From: an uncultured Bdellovibrionales bacterium
GTDB taxonomy: Bacteria; Bdellovibrionota; Bdellovibrionia; Bdellovibrionales; JAEYZS01
Assembly (NCBI GenBank): GCA_964469265.1
Contig: CAYXYF010000001.1
Location: 138,766 to 202,765, forward strand
Length of the DNA: 64,000 nt
Reading direction: 5' to 3'
Shown here: positions 22,530 to 31,825 of the stretch, one piece after another
Layout: each line of letters begins with the position of its first letter
How positions within the stretch are numbered: the stretch's first letter is position 1
The notes under the pieces: model-generated
Database searches by the model: none
Seen by the model: the letters and a program-made list of their open reading frames with translations, nothing else
What the model was told of the DNA's origin: nothing
Program-made: the position numbers and the translations under genes

Positions 22530-23357
22530 TTATAGTTTTTTAGTGAAAGTCTTTACTTTATATTTTGACTTTAATTTCTCGAAGAATTCGTCGAATAAAA
22601 CTTTCTTTTTAGATTCTTTTACTGCTGCATTGAGCTTCACTTTATCAGCGTCTTTATATGGCTTTTTGCCAGTGAGCTTAATAATGTGGAAGCCAAACTT
22701 CGTTTCTACAAGAGGAGATATTGCATTATTAGAAAGTTTAACAGCGGCATTGTAATACTCAGGCAACAACGTTGTGTCGGTGTGCCATCCGATGTCTCCA
22801 CCGTTTTTCTTAGAAATAACATCATCGCTATATAATTTCACGAGTTGCTCAAAGGGACGCTTGCTCTTTTTAACTTCTGCATAGATTTCATTAGCTCTCT
22901 TTTTTGCAGCTTCAACTTCCGAAGGACGCGCGCGCTCTTTTAATTCAATAAGGATATGGCTTGTTCTGATTTCTGGATGTTTATTGTAGTAGTTTCTCAT
23001 TTCACGCTCAGAGACCTTAATAGCGTCAACTTTTTTACCGATTTCTTTTTCAATGAGATCGACATAAAGAACTTGGCGGATTCTTTCCTGCACGACAGGA
23101 TCGTTTCTTAGGTTTCTTTTCTCCGCTTCCATGACTCCAACTTCGTAACGAACTAAGTCTTCAAGAAAAAGATCTTTTGCTGGGGGGTTGAATGCATTTT
23201 TGACGACTTCTTTGTATTTTTCATTGAATTCTTTTTTGGTGATGTTTTTCCCGCCAACAACTGCAACAACATCGTTTTCTTGTGCAAAAGATGTGAGGGT
23301 AAAAAACAATACTAAAGCAATTCCAAGTACTCTTGCTAATCTGTTGAAAATAGACAT
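22530..23357 (-). CDS. PpiC/parvulin-type peptidyl-prolyl isomerase, secreted
   Basis: ATG at 23357 preceded by GGGAGGA; the ORF-track TTG at 23369 lies inside that RBS. Signal peptide, then a rotamase domain (...GGDIGWHTD...GFHIIKL). Confidence 0.7.
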   Translation of the reverse strand: MSIFNRLARVLGIALVLFFTLTSFAQENDVVAVVGGKNITKKEFNEKYKEVVKNAFNPPAKDLFLEDLVRYEVGVMEAEKRNLRNDPVVQERIRQVLYVDLIEKEIGKKVDAIKVSEREMRNYYNKHPEIRTSHILIELKERARPSEVEAAKKRANEIYAEVKKSKRPFEQLVKLYSDDVISKKNGGDIGWHTDTTLLPEYYNAAVKLSNNAISPLVETKFGFHIIKLTGKKPYKDADKVKLNAAVKESKKKVLFDEFFEKLKSKYKVKTFTKKL

Positions 23358-23409
23358 AAATCCTCCCAAAAAAGTATCTTAAAAAGTATCTACTAACTAT
23401 GGGGTCAGT

Positions 23410-24069
23410 TCAAGAAGTTCGGTGCAATTCTTGGGCGGCTAGTTGACCTGCGGCATTAATGGCATTCTTCAGTTGATCGGCAAGCTCTGGACTGCGTGGG
23501 TCGTCATCTCGAGAGATAGGAGACAGAGGTTTTCCCCAGACAAGATGCACCTTTGCAAAAGGCCGTGGCATGAATGTTTTATTCCAGCTCTTCTCAAAAG
23601 AAATTTTAGAAGTTGTGGCAACTCCTCCAGGATAAATTTTTGCATTCAGAAGTTTTGACAGCTCAAATACTCCTGGTTTGGGTTCGTAGATAGGCCCTCT
23701 TGGTCCGTCGACAGGAACAACAGGAATATATCCAGACTTCGCCAGTCGAATTAATCCTTTTAAACCCTGAATTGCTTTTTTAGAAGATGAACCTTTTGAG
23801 GTTTTTGCCCCAAGCCAAGTTAAAACTCTCGCCATTAATTGGCCATCGTTACTTATCGAAGTCATTGTAGCAAACTGGTAATGATCGGCATAAGAGATCA
23901 TGGCAAGCTCGTGGCCATGCCAGAATGCAAATACAATGGGAACATTGTTTTTAATGTCCCCCTGAAGCTCTTCGTTGGAGTGAAGTGATTTGCGCCAAGT
24001 TAAAGACCAAATCCGATATACAACAAATACAAGCGCTGCAACCACAAAAGATTTGGCCTTTTTAAACAT
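23410..24069 (-). CDS. DUF374 family protein (lysophospholipid acyltransferase-like)
   Basis: 219 aa with an N-terminal TM, FWHG and the characteristic ...VPVDGPRGP... motif. Confidence 0.65.
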   Translation of the reverse strand: MFKKAKSFVVAALVFVVYRIWSLTWRKSLHSNEELQGDIKNNVPIVFAFWHGHELAMISYADHYQFATMTSISNDGQLMARVLTWLGAKTSKGSSSKKAIQGLKGLIRLAKSGYIPVVPVDGPRGPIYEPKPGVFELSKLLNAKIYPGGVATTSKISFEKSWNKTFMPRPFAKVHLVWGKPLSPISRDDDPRSPELADQLKNAINAAGQLAAQELHRTS

Positions 24070-24077
24070 AGTCTACC

Positions 24078-25040
24078 TTAGTGTTGGAGAAGCTTTGAAA
24101 ATTCCTCTTTCAGTTTTGGAAGAATCTCAAATGCATCACCCACTAAACCGTAGGTTGCTTTTTTAAAGATAGGTGCTTCAGGGTCTTTGTTAATAGCGAC
24201 GATGACCTTGCTTGAGCCCATACCCGCCATATGTTGAATTGCTCCTGAAATTCCAGCAGCAATGTATAAGTTAGGCGCAACAGTTTTTCCTGTTTGGCCG
24301 ACCTGCATAGCATGTGGAACCCAACCAGCATCAACGACGGCTCTAGATGCTCCAACTGTTGCTCCAATCACCTCTGCAACGTCTTCAAGAAGCTTAAAGT
24401 GTTCAGGGCCCTTCATTCCACGGCCACCCGAAACAATGATAGAAGCTTCTGTTAAGTCAGGCTTTGCTGAAGAACTCTTAACGACTTCTTTTGTTTTGAC
24501 CTTTGTTTCAGAGGGGTTAAACGCTTCTTCAAGCACTTCGCAATTTGAAGTGCTTTCACTCGGCTGAGGGAGTTGATTTGGTCTCATCAATACGATTTTG
24601 ATTTTGGACTCAGATGTAAACTCTGCGGTGGCTACAACTTTACCCGAATAAAGAGGTCTTGTTGCGCTAACATTGGTCCCATCAATTTTAATTCCGATGC
24701 AATCGCCAACAATTCCTGAGTCATATTTTGCGGCAACTCGTGGAAGCAAATCTTTTGCGGTCATAGATCCAGAGGCTAAAATCACATCGGGGGAAAATTT
24801 CTCAATAGCTTTTTGAAAGCACGAAAAGTAGTGAGTGGAGTTGTAATCTTTTAAATCTGCGCTTGAAAAAGCAAAAGCCTTTTGAACGGAGTAGTTTTTT
24901 AAAGCTTCAGCCACCGTCCCAGAATTTTCACCAATAAGAATAGCTGCAACGTCGTGCCCTTGGGTCGCGCTCAACAATTCAAGAGAGCTTTTTTTGATCT
25001 TGTTGTTTGCAAATTCAATAAATACTAAAACTTTTGCCAT
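24078..25040 (-). CDS. etfA: electron transfer flavoprotein subunit alpha
   Basis: 320 aa with the C-terminal FAD-binding region ...YIAAGISGAIQHMAGM.... Confidence 0.9.
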   Translation of the reverse strand: MAKVLVFIEFANNKIKKSSLELLSATQGHDVAAILIGENSGTVAEALKNYSVQKAFAFSSADLKDYNSTHYFSCFQKAIEKFSPDVILASGSMTAKDLLPRVAAKYDSGIVGDCIGIKIDGTNVSATRPLYSGKVVATAEFTSESKIKIVLMRPNQLPQPSESTSNCEVLEEAFNPSETKVKTKEVVKSSSAKPDLTEASIIVSGGRGMKGPEHFKLLEDVAEVIGATVGASRAVVDAGWVPHAMQVGQTGKTVAPNLYIAAGISGAIQHMAGMGSSKVIVAINKDPEAPIFKKATYGLVGDAFEILPKLKEEFSKLLQH

Positions 25041-25041
25041 T

Positions 25042-25812
25042 TTAAATCACCTTTGCTTCTTCTCTTAACAGTTGAACTAGTTTTTTTGCTTGTTCTTGTG
25101 GCTCGCCACCAATCATCTGAACTTCAGGTCGTTCAGGCGGTAAGGCAAAGTTTGAATACTTTACTTTAACAGCGGCAGGGTCCACTGAAACATCAGCTAA
25201 ACTCAATTCCTTAATGGTCTTCTTCTTTGCTTTCATAATGCCAGGAAGAGAGGCATATCTTGGAGTGTTAAGCCCTTTATTAGCTGTAATCATCGCGGGA
25301 AATTGTACTTCAATGATTTCTTTTGCTCCGCCCTCGATCTCTCTTTCAAGAAGCGCGCCGCCTTCTGTGTAATCGGCTTTGGAGACAGAAGTGATATGCG
25401 GAATATCTAAAAAAGCGGCAACCATTTGTCCCACTGAAAAGTTGTTGTCATCAATAGCAGCTTTGCCAGAAAAAAGAAGGTTTACTTCGCCAACTGTTTT
25501 TGCAGCATTTGAAAGTGCCTTTGCAACATTGTAGTTATCTAAAGTTTCTGGAGCATCAACTACGATGGCCTCGTCTGCCCCCATTGCTAATGCCGTTCTT
25601 AAAGCATCCACAGCTCGCCCTTTTGGTCCAACTGTTATCACATGAACTTTTGTCTCTGGTTTTGCCGCTTTAAGTTTTAAGGCTTCTTCCACGGCAAATT
25701 CGTCGTAAGGATTCATGATCCACTTAATGCCAGCGGTGTCTATTCCATCACCACTTAGCTTTATTTTAGTTTCCGTATCTGGAACCTGCTTGATACAAAC
25801 TAGAATGTTCAT
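25042..25812 (-). CDS. etfB: electron transfer flavoprotein subunit beta
   Basis: 256 aa starting MNILVCIKQVPDTE.... Lies directly upstream of etfA. Confidence 0.9.
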   Translation of the reverse strand: MNILVCIKQVPDTETKIKLSGDGIDTAGIKWIMNPYDEFAVEEALKLKAAKPETKVHVITVGPKGRAVDALRTALAMGADEAIVVDAPETLDNYNVAKALSNAAKTVGEVNLLFSGKAAIDDNNFSVGQMVAAFLDIPHITSVSKADYTEGGALLEREIEGGAKEIIEVQFPAMITANKGLNTPRYASLPGIMKAKKKTIKELSLADVSVDPAAVKVKYSNFALPPERPEVQMIGGEPQEQAKKLVQLLREEAKVI

Positions 25813-25889
25813 TGGCTTTCCCTTTCAATAATGACCGAAAATTTGAGGCTTAGACTATGTCAAAACAAATCTGGGGTCAAAAAACAAAA

Positions 25890-25919
25890 CTATCCACATG
25901 ACTCACATACTTATCCACA
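25890..25919 (+). promoter_or_regulatory. pair of phased DnaA-box motifs in the etfB upstream region
   Basis: CTATCCACA (25890-25898, 1 mismatch) and TTATCCACA (25911-25919, perfect). Same orientation, starts 21 bp apart, 78-107 bp upstream of the etfB start. Confidence 0.45.
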
Positions 25920-26136
25920 TATCTAGGTGTCAACTCTGCACCACCCCACTAGATGTAGTATTTAAAAGGGCTAGTTTTTAAGGAATGCTGCGTGTTAAAT
26001 CCTTTTTTAACCCCCTTTCTCTTTTGGGTGGTCTAAACTAGAGGAAGATTTACAGCTCTGTGTACATCCAAAGTCATTTTTCACCATAAGCTAAACATCT
26101 CATCGCTCTAAACCGAAAAAGTGCAATGAGGTTATT

Positions 26137-26424
26137 ATGAAAAAATTCGGACAGATCATGAATGAGTTGGGGTTTAACCCAAATGCTTCTCCAAGCAGCA
26201 AGGCTGCTTTTGTAAAGTATTTGGCAAAGCAAGCCTACAATGTCGATTTAGAAGTCCCCGAAATTTATCACTCTGAAGAACAATCAGGAGATGTCACTTT
26301 AGATTCTTTCTTAGGAAAGAGCCATTCAAATTCAAATGTAAAAAACTTGTTTGATCGCACAAAAAAATCAAACGCACCAGAGCAGCTGGAATTTTCATTT
26401 GAGGAATTAAAGAAGGCCGATTAG
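26137..26424 (+). CDS. hypothetical small protein
   Basis: 95-aa ORF with GAGG 7 nt upstream of the ATG. I recognise no family. Confidence 0.45.
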   Translation: MKKFGQIMNELGFNPNASPSSKAAFVKYLAKQAYNVDLEVPEIYHSEEQSGDVTLDSFLGKSHSNSNVKNLFDRTKKSNAPEQLEFSFEELKKAD

Positions 26425-27296
26425 TAATCGTTTTCTTTTAAAAACTTTTCCGTTTTTAAATTTACAAAATCAGGCATGTCGAGTTGCGTGCAGTGTGTTC
26501 CGTGCGGAACAACAATATACTCACTACCCTTAATTTTTTTATGTAAAACTTCCTGAAATTCAATCGGTGTCACAGAATCTTTTTGTCCACCAATAATAAG
26601 CGTTGGGCAAGTCACTCGGTCAAGAACACCAGTTCCATCGTATTTCATCATTTGCTCGAAGAGTGTTAAAAAAACATCGGTTTCAATGGCAGCAACACCC
26701 TTAGCGTAAATTTCGATATCTTGGAAACCTATAAGATTAAGATTAAACCCTCCGCCAAGAGCTGAGAGCCTCATAGCAAGTGGATTGGTAACAGTCTTCT
26801 TCCATAAGTAAGAAAAAGTCTCAGGTAGAACATCATAGCCTTGCTTTGCGAATGAGAAAACACCGTTTACAACATCTGTTCCAAACATTCCATTTAATGG
26901 ATTTGATGCAAAGCCATTTATAAAAACAAGATTTTCAAAAATAGAGGGATTCATATCATAGGCGCGCACCAAAATCTGACAGCCAAAAGAGTGGCCCCAA
27001 AAGCTTGCTTTCTCGTAGCCAAGATGGTTCAGAAGAAGCGGTACATCCCTTGCGATGGCATCAAGAGATAGGTTTTCTCTGTTTTTGGGAATTTCTGAGT
27101 TGTGGTGCCCACGCAAATCAAAAACAATTGTTTGGTAGTTTTCAGAAAAATATTTGAGTTGATGATGCCAATGATTAATGAGGCAAGCTATACCGTAGGT
27201 TAAAACAAGAGGCTTGCCCTTTCCGCGCACCTCATAATAAATCGGAGTGCCATCAAAACTCTCAAAGTAACCTGTTTTTTTCTCAAACTGCTTCAT
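26421..27296 (-). CDS. alpha/beta-fold hydrolase
   Basis: 291 aa with nucleophile elbow GHSFG and a C-terminal His (VPHGTHC). Confidence 0.8.
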   Translation of the reverse strand: MKQFEKKTGYFESFDGTPIYYEVRGKGKPLVLTYGIACLINHWHHQLKYFSENYQTIVFDLRGHHNSEIPKNRENLSLDAIARDVPLLLNHLGYEKASFWGHSFGCQILVRAYDMNPSIFENLVFINGFASNPLNGMFGTDVVNGVFSFAKQGYDVLPETFSYLWKKTVTNPLAMRLSALGGGFNLNLIGFQDIEIYAKGVAAIETDVFLTLFEQMMKYDGTGVLDRVTCPTLIIGGQKDSVTPIEFQEVLHKKIKGSEYIVVPHGTHCTQLDMPDFVNLKTEKFLKENDY

Positions 27297-27975
27297 CTAA
27301 ATATCCGATTTCAAGTATGGTGTTGCCGATAGTCAGATCGACATTGCCGTGAAGAACTTCTTTTGTTTTCTTAGCACCATTAATAGTAAAGACATTGTCT
27401 CCGATAGATTCAATTACGATATTGTTATCCTTTTGTACAATGGATAAACAAAGTCCATCAAGCTCTTGATCAAGTATACACAAATCTGTTGATTGTGGGC
27501 CGATTGATCTTGGACCATAACCTAAAATCCACTCTCTGCCTTCGTGAGCACCTGATTTGATGTGGACGTAGAGACATTTTTTAAAAGGGTATATTGAAAC
27601 GGGAACTTGCGGGGCTTCAAATTTTTTCAAGTACTCAAATATAGATTCTCTCCATTCGCTTAAATTTGAAGAGGAAGTTTTTTTAACGTCAAATTCGCTA
27701 AGTATCTCAAAATTCGTAGAACCAATGGTGATAACAACGCCTGGAACTAATTTGATCTTTTTAATCGCATTGCCATCAACAAAGCTGCCATTTGTGGAAT
27801 TCATGTCGAGATAAAAGAGCGCACCGTCTTCTTCGATAATTTTTGCGTGAATAGAAGATGCTTTTGTGTCTTTGAGGTTAATGTCCGCCCGCGAGCGCCC
27901 TAACGTGACAGAGCTTTGAAGCTTAAAAAGATCGTTACTTCGCGGACCAGAGGTAATCTTTAAATACAAATCCAT
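27283..27975 (-). CDS. FHA domain-containing protein
   Basis: 230 aa. The N-terminal FHA is canonical (VTLGRS...SSIHAKI...NSTNGSFVDG). The C-terminal half looks like a second, degenerate FHA-like beta domain. Overlaps the downstream hydrolase gene by 14 nt. Confidence 0.8.
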   Translation of the reverse strand: MDLYLKITSGPRSNDLFKLQSSVTLGRSRADINLKDTKASSIHAKIIEEDGALFYLDMNSTNGSFVDGNAIKKIKLVPGVVITIGSTNFEILSEFDVKKTSSSNLSEWRESIFEYLKKFEAPQVPVSIYPFKKCLYVHIKSGAHEGREWILGYGPRSIGPQSTDLCILDQELDGLCLSIVQKDNNIVIESIGDNVFTINGAKKTKEVLHGNVDLTIGNTILEIGYLDEAV

Positions 27976-28188
27976 TCCTCCATTATATAAAAAATATTAG
28001 AAATATCTATAGCTTAGGATCTTTGGTCGGGTCCAAATTCAGCCAGCCGTCCTTTGAACGGTCTTCACTGCTGAACAAAGAGTTTGCATCCTTACCCCTA
28101 TCCATGGCATAAAAGTCGTCTTTGAAACCCTTGCTCCAACTTTGAGATTGGGGCCAAAGTCTACCGACTGGAAACCGAAAGGATTATA

Positions 28189-28620
28189 ATGAAAAAGCCT
28201 GTAACTATCCGCCCTTACGAATCAATCGTTATCATGAAAGCTGATACGCCTGAAGAGAAGCAAAAAACTCTTTTCAAAAGAAACAAACAAATCATTGAAT
28301 CACATAATGGCGAGTTTTCTCATATCGATACTTGGGGCAAGAGACGTTTAGGTAACCCAATCAAAAAAGAAAAAACGGGTATCTATTTTCACAGTACTTT
28401 TACAGCAAACACACAAACTGTGGCAGAGCTAGAGCGTACAATGAAAATTAATGATGACGTTTTAAGATACGTTCACATCAAATTAGATGAAGGCACAGAT
28501 CTTACAAAGCACGTTCAAGAGTTCAAAGACTCACTCAGTGCCGCTCAAGCTCGAGAAAAAGAAAGAGAAAAGAACTTTGAGAAGGCTCGTGCGCAACGAC
28601 AAATGAAGCCGTCTGTATAA
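28189..28620 (+). CDS. rpsF: 30S ribosomal protein S6
   Basis: 143 aa with ...RPYESIVIMKAD...IDTWGKRRLGNPIKK...YFH... and a K/E-rich C-terminal tail. Confidence 0.92.
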   Translation: MKKPVTIRPYESIVIMKADTPEEKQKTLFKRNKQIIESHNGEFSHIDTWGKRRLGNPIKKEKTGIYFHSTFTANTQTVAELERTMKINDDVLRYVHIKLDEGTDLTKHVQEFKDSLSAAQAREKEREKNFEKARAQRQMKPSV

Positions 28621-28629
28621 TTCAAATAA

Positions 28630-29487
28630 ATGATTTCAACGCAAAGGTTATTTTCGGCGTTATTTCTTCAAGTTTCGTGTGTGCTGCTGACCTTGAGTAC
28701 GGGAGTATTCGGAGCGGCACCCTTACTTCTGTTAAAGAGAACGTCGGATACTATTAATTTTATCTTCCTTCAGCTGTTAACGATAACAATTGCGCTTTAT
28801 TTTAAAGTCCACATTCTGGCCCTAATGATATTTTGTCTTTCGGTTCTCATTCTTTCTTACGCTCTTTTAGAAGCAAAACCAATCCTCACAAAAACGGCCA
28901 CATCTGTGGCCCTGGCCTCTGCCGTGTTTTTTGGGACGCTATTTTTGTGGGTGCATTTTAATGAAGGCGCAGGCTTTGGAGAATGGCTCACCCTAAAAAC
29001 TGAGTCCTATATCGCCCAGACCAAGTTAATTGTAGGGGAGATGAGCTTTGAAACGCAGACGTTGGTGAATCAAATCCCTTCAATTATCTTTATTTTCTTT
29101 GCTGTAAATGTTTGGGTTGCGATCTTTTTTGATTCTCGCGCTCAAAAACGCATGGGCTATGTTTCTGCAGACTCTGAGCTTAAAAATTTCCGCACCCCCG
29201 AGGCTTACATTTGGGTAGTAATAGCGTCATTGTTATTTTCTTTTGTGCAGACGCCAATTCCAGGTTTACAGGAGGCCGCATTAAATATCCTGAATGTCTC
29301 GCTTTTGCTGTATTTTTTTCAAGGGCTTTCCGTGCTGTCATTTTTAATGGAAGTTTTAAACTTTGGTTCGTTGCTTAAAATCATCGTCTACTTTATATTC
29401 GTTGCTCAACTCTTGCTTCCGATATGTTTGGGTATATTGGATTTTTGGTTGAATTTTAGGAATAAAATCTCTAAAAAAGCACATTGA
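28630..29487 (+). CDS. polytopic membrane protein, possibly DUF2232 (YybS-like)
   Basis: 285 aa with about 7 TM helices. The family call rests only on position directly upstream of rplI-dnaB, as for B. subtilis yybS. Confidence 0.4.
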   Translation: MISTQRLFSALFLQVSCVLLTLSTGVFGAAPLLLLKRTSDTINFIFLQLLTITIALYFKVHILALMIFCLSVLILSYALLEAKPILTKTATSVALASAVFFGTLFLWVHFNEGAGFGEWLTLKTESYIAQTKLIVGEMSFETQTLVNQIPSIIFIFFAVNVWVAIFFDSRAQKRMGYVSADSELKNFRTPEAYIWVVIASLLFSFVQTPIPGLQEAALNILNVSLLLYFFQGLSVLSFLMEVLNFGSLLKIIVYFIFVAQLLLPICLGILDFWLNFRNKISKKAH

Positions 29488-29523
29488 GTAAATTTAAATA
29501 GGATACAAACAAGGAAGAGCTTC

Positions 29524-29967
29524 ATGAAAGTTATATTAAAATCAGATGTAAAAAACGTAGGTAAAGTTGGCGAAATGGTTAACGTCGCAACAGGGTATGC
29601 AAGAAATTTTTTATTTCCTAACGATCTTGCAAGTGAAGCTACTGAAAAACGATTAAGAGAATTTGAACACATAAAGAGAATGGCTCAAGCAAAAAAGAAA
29701 AAAGCAATGTCTGATAAAAAAGACGTGCTTCAAAAGCTTTCGGGCAAAACCATTACGTTCAAAGCAAATGCATCAGATACAGATAAATTATTTGGTTCCA
29801 TCACTGCAGGGGATATCGCACGGGAGCTAGAAAAAGAAGGCTTTAGTGTAGATCGCAGAGATGTGATTCTGGATGACGTGATCCGAATTCTTGGCCAACA
29901 CAAAGCTTCAGTTAGCTTTGGTGAAGGACTTGAAACAGAAATTCTTGTTTCGGTAGAACGAGCTTAA
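29524..29967 (+). CDS. rplI: 50S ribosomal protein L9
   Basis: 147 aa starting [32 protein letters not shown].... Confidence 0.95.
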   Translation: MKVILKSDVKNVGKVGEMVNVATGYARNFLFPNDLASEATEKRLREFEHIKRMAQAKKKKAMSDKKDVLQKLSGKTITFKANASDTDKLFGSITAGDIARELEKEGFSVDRRDVILDDVIRILGQHKASVSFGEGLETEILVSVERA

Positions 29968-30038
29968 GACACCGTAGTTACGACAAAAATATACGTAGTT
30001 AGTTTTTTGTTAAATTTGTATTTGGCAAGGGGGGTTTT

Positions 30039-31448
30039 TTGAGAGTTCTTCCGCACAACATCGAAGCTGAACAATCTATTCTTGGTTCCGTGATGTTGGA
30101 GCCAGAAAAGTGGGACGAGGTCAGTGACACGATCTCTGAGGAGCACTTCTATAAAAACGCTCATAAAACAATTTACTCTGCCTTTCGTGAACTCAGTCTC
30201 AAGGGTCAGCCGATTGATATTTTAACGATCTCAGAACTTCTCACTAAAAATAATGATATCGATGCCATTGGCGGTGCTTCTTATCTTGCGGAAATACTTA
30301 ACCTCACACCGACGACGGCGAATTTAAAATCGTATGTGGACATTGTCGTTGAAAAATCCATTTTAAGAAAAGTCATCGGAGAATGTCAGTCTCTTGTCGC
30401 AAGGGCTTATGATCAAGATTACGAGAACATTGGTACTTTCCTTGATAATGCAGAGGCGAGTATATTTTCGATCGCTGAAAAGAAAAAGGTTGAAGGCTTA
30501 ACGCCTGCTAATGAAATTTTGAAATTGAACATGCAGCGAATAGACGAGCTCTATAATGCTGGCGGCGATGCCGTAACAGGGATCTCATCAGGGTTTACAG
30601 ATCTTGATAAAATGACGGCGGGTTTTCAACCAGGAGAGCTCACGATCATTGCAGCACGGCCGTCCATGGGTAAAACTGCGTTTAGTTTAAATATTGCAAC
30701 TCATGCTTCCGTTCGCGAAGGCAAAAAGGTTGCCTACTTCTCTCTTGAGATGGGTCAAGAGTCTTTGATGCTAAGAATGTTAGCCTCAGAGTCTAAGATT
30801 GATATGGGCTTGATGAGACGTGGAAAAATTCCGGACTCAAGCTGGCCAAAACTTATCAACACTGTGAGTACATTGAGTAAATCGAATCTTTATATTGATG
30901 AGACCTCTGGAATTAGCCCATTTGAAATCCGTGCCAAATGCCGTCGATTAAAAGCAACGCACGGCTTAGACATGATCATGGTCGATTACCTTCAGTTAAT
31001 GAGCATGAAGCAATCAAAGGTGGAAAGCAGAGAGCGAGAGGTTTCAGAAATTTCTAAAACTCTTAAAGCCATCGCAAAGGAACTCAAGGTTCCTGTGGTT
31101 GCTCTAGCTCAGCTCAATCGCGGCGTAGAGGGCCGCTCTGATAGACGCCCTATGCTTTCAGATCTTCGTGAATCGGGCTCAATAGAGCAAGATGCAGACG
31201 TTATCATGATGATTTATCGTGATGATTATTATGAGCGTGAAAACTCTGAGCAAAAAGGAATTGCAGAAATCATTGTTGGTAAGCAAAGAAACGGTCCGAC
31301 TGGAGTCGCAAAGCTTGCATGGCTTGCACAGTATGGGCAGTTCGCAAATTTAGCGCCAGAAAGTTTATCGCAGTTTACTCCGCCAGCCCCGAAGGAAGGA
31401 TCTGCAAAACCGAAGGGCCCCCTCCCGAATTTTGCCCCTAATGTTTAA
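30039..31448 (+). CDS. dnaB: replicative DNA helicase DnaB
   Basis: TTG start. LPHNIEAEQSILG N-terminus, Walker A ARPSMGKTAF, and ...LAQLNRGVEGR...DLRESGSIEQDAD.... Confidence 0.95.
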   Translation: MRVLPHNIEAEQSILGSVMLEPEKWDEVSDTISEEHFYKNAHKTIYSAFRELSLKGQPIDILTISELLTKNNDIDAIGGASYLAEILNLTPTTANLKSYVDIVVEKSILRKVIGECQSLVARAYDQDYENIGTFLDNAEASIFSIAEKKKVEGLTPANEILKLNMQRIDELYNAGGDAVTGISSGFTDLDKMTAGFQPGELTIIAARPSMGKTAFSLNIATHASVREGKKVAYFSLEMGQESLMLRMLASESKIDMGLMRRGKIPDSSWPKLINTVSTLSKSNLYIDETSGISPFEIRAKCRRLKATHGLDMIMVDYLQLMSMKQSKVESREREVSEISKTLKAIAKELKVPVVALAQLNRGVEGRSDRRPMLSDLRESGSIEQDADVIMMIYRDDYYERENSEQKGIAEIIVGKQRNGPTGVAKLAWLAQYGQFANLAPESLSQFTPPAPKEGSAKPKGPLPNFAPNV

Positions 31449-31561
31449 TAGTTAGGCGCGTAATCCAGACCGATGTCTAGATTTCTATAACACACCAAGT
31501 ATGCATTAAAAGATTACCCTTTTTTTGGTTTGATGATGTCATTCCAATAGAGGGGTTTAGC

Positions 31562-31753
31562 ATGGAAGATAAACTTTTTGATTCGATCATACAGAAAACA
31601 GGGTTGCCGCAGGAGCTGATATCCAACGAGTTCCTGCAAAAAATACAAGACAAGGGTTTTGATAAGTCGACAATTACTTTGGAGCAAATACGGATTGTTC
31701 TGGCAGAGTACCTGCAGGACGTTATCCTGCAGGCAAAAGAAGATTTTAAATAA
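31562..31753 (+). CDS. hypothetical small acidic protein
   Basis: 63-aa ORF, predicted helical. I recognise no family. Confidence 0.35.
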   Translation: MEDKLFDSIIQKTGLPQELISNEFLQKIQDKGFDKSTITLEQIRIVLAEYLQDVILQAKEDFK

Positions 31754-31825
31754 TTGTGGGGCTTGCGAAGTTGCTCATCTCATACGACCCACTGATGTGT
31801 TGGACCCAAGTAGATAAATTTGTAA

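Noticed and set aside
15092-27975. A 13-kb block of genes (uvrA through FHA) transcribed head-on relative to replication from the putative oriC. This could indicate an inversion or insertion.
   Set aside because: Gene content is housekeeping, I saw no flanking repeats or integrase, and mixed orientation near origins is common. I cannot compute compositional deviation by eye.
28090-28188. A possible S6:S18-binding leader structure upstream of rpsF (hairpin ACTTTG-agattggggc-CAAAGT at about 28140-28165).
   Set aside because: It is a single 6-bp hairpin and I cannot verify it against the published motif without a covariance model. The absence of rpsR from the operon also makes the classic mechanism less likely.
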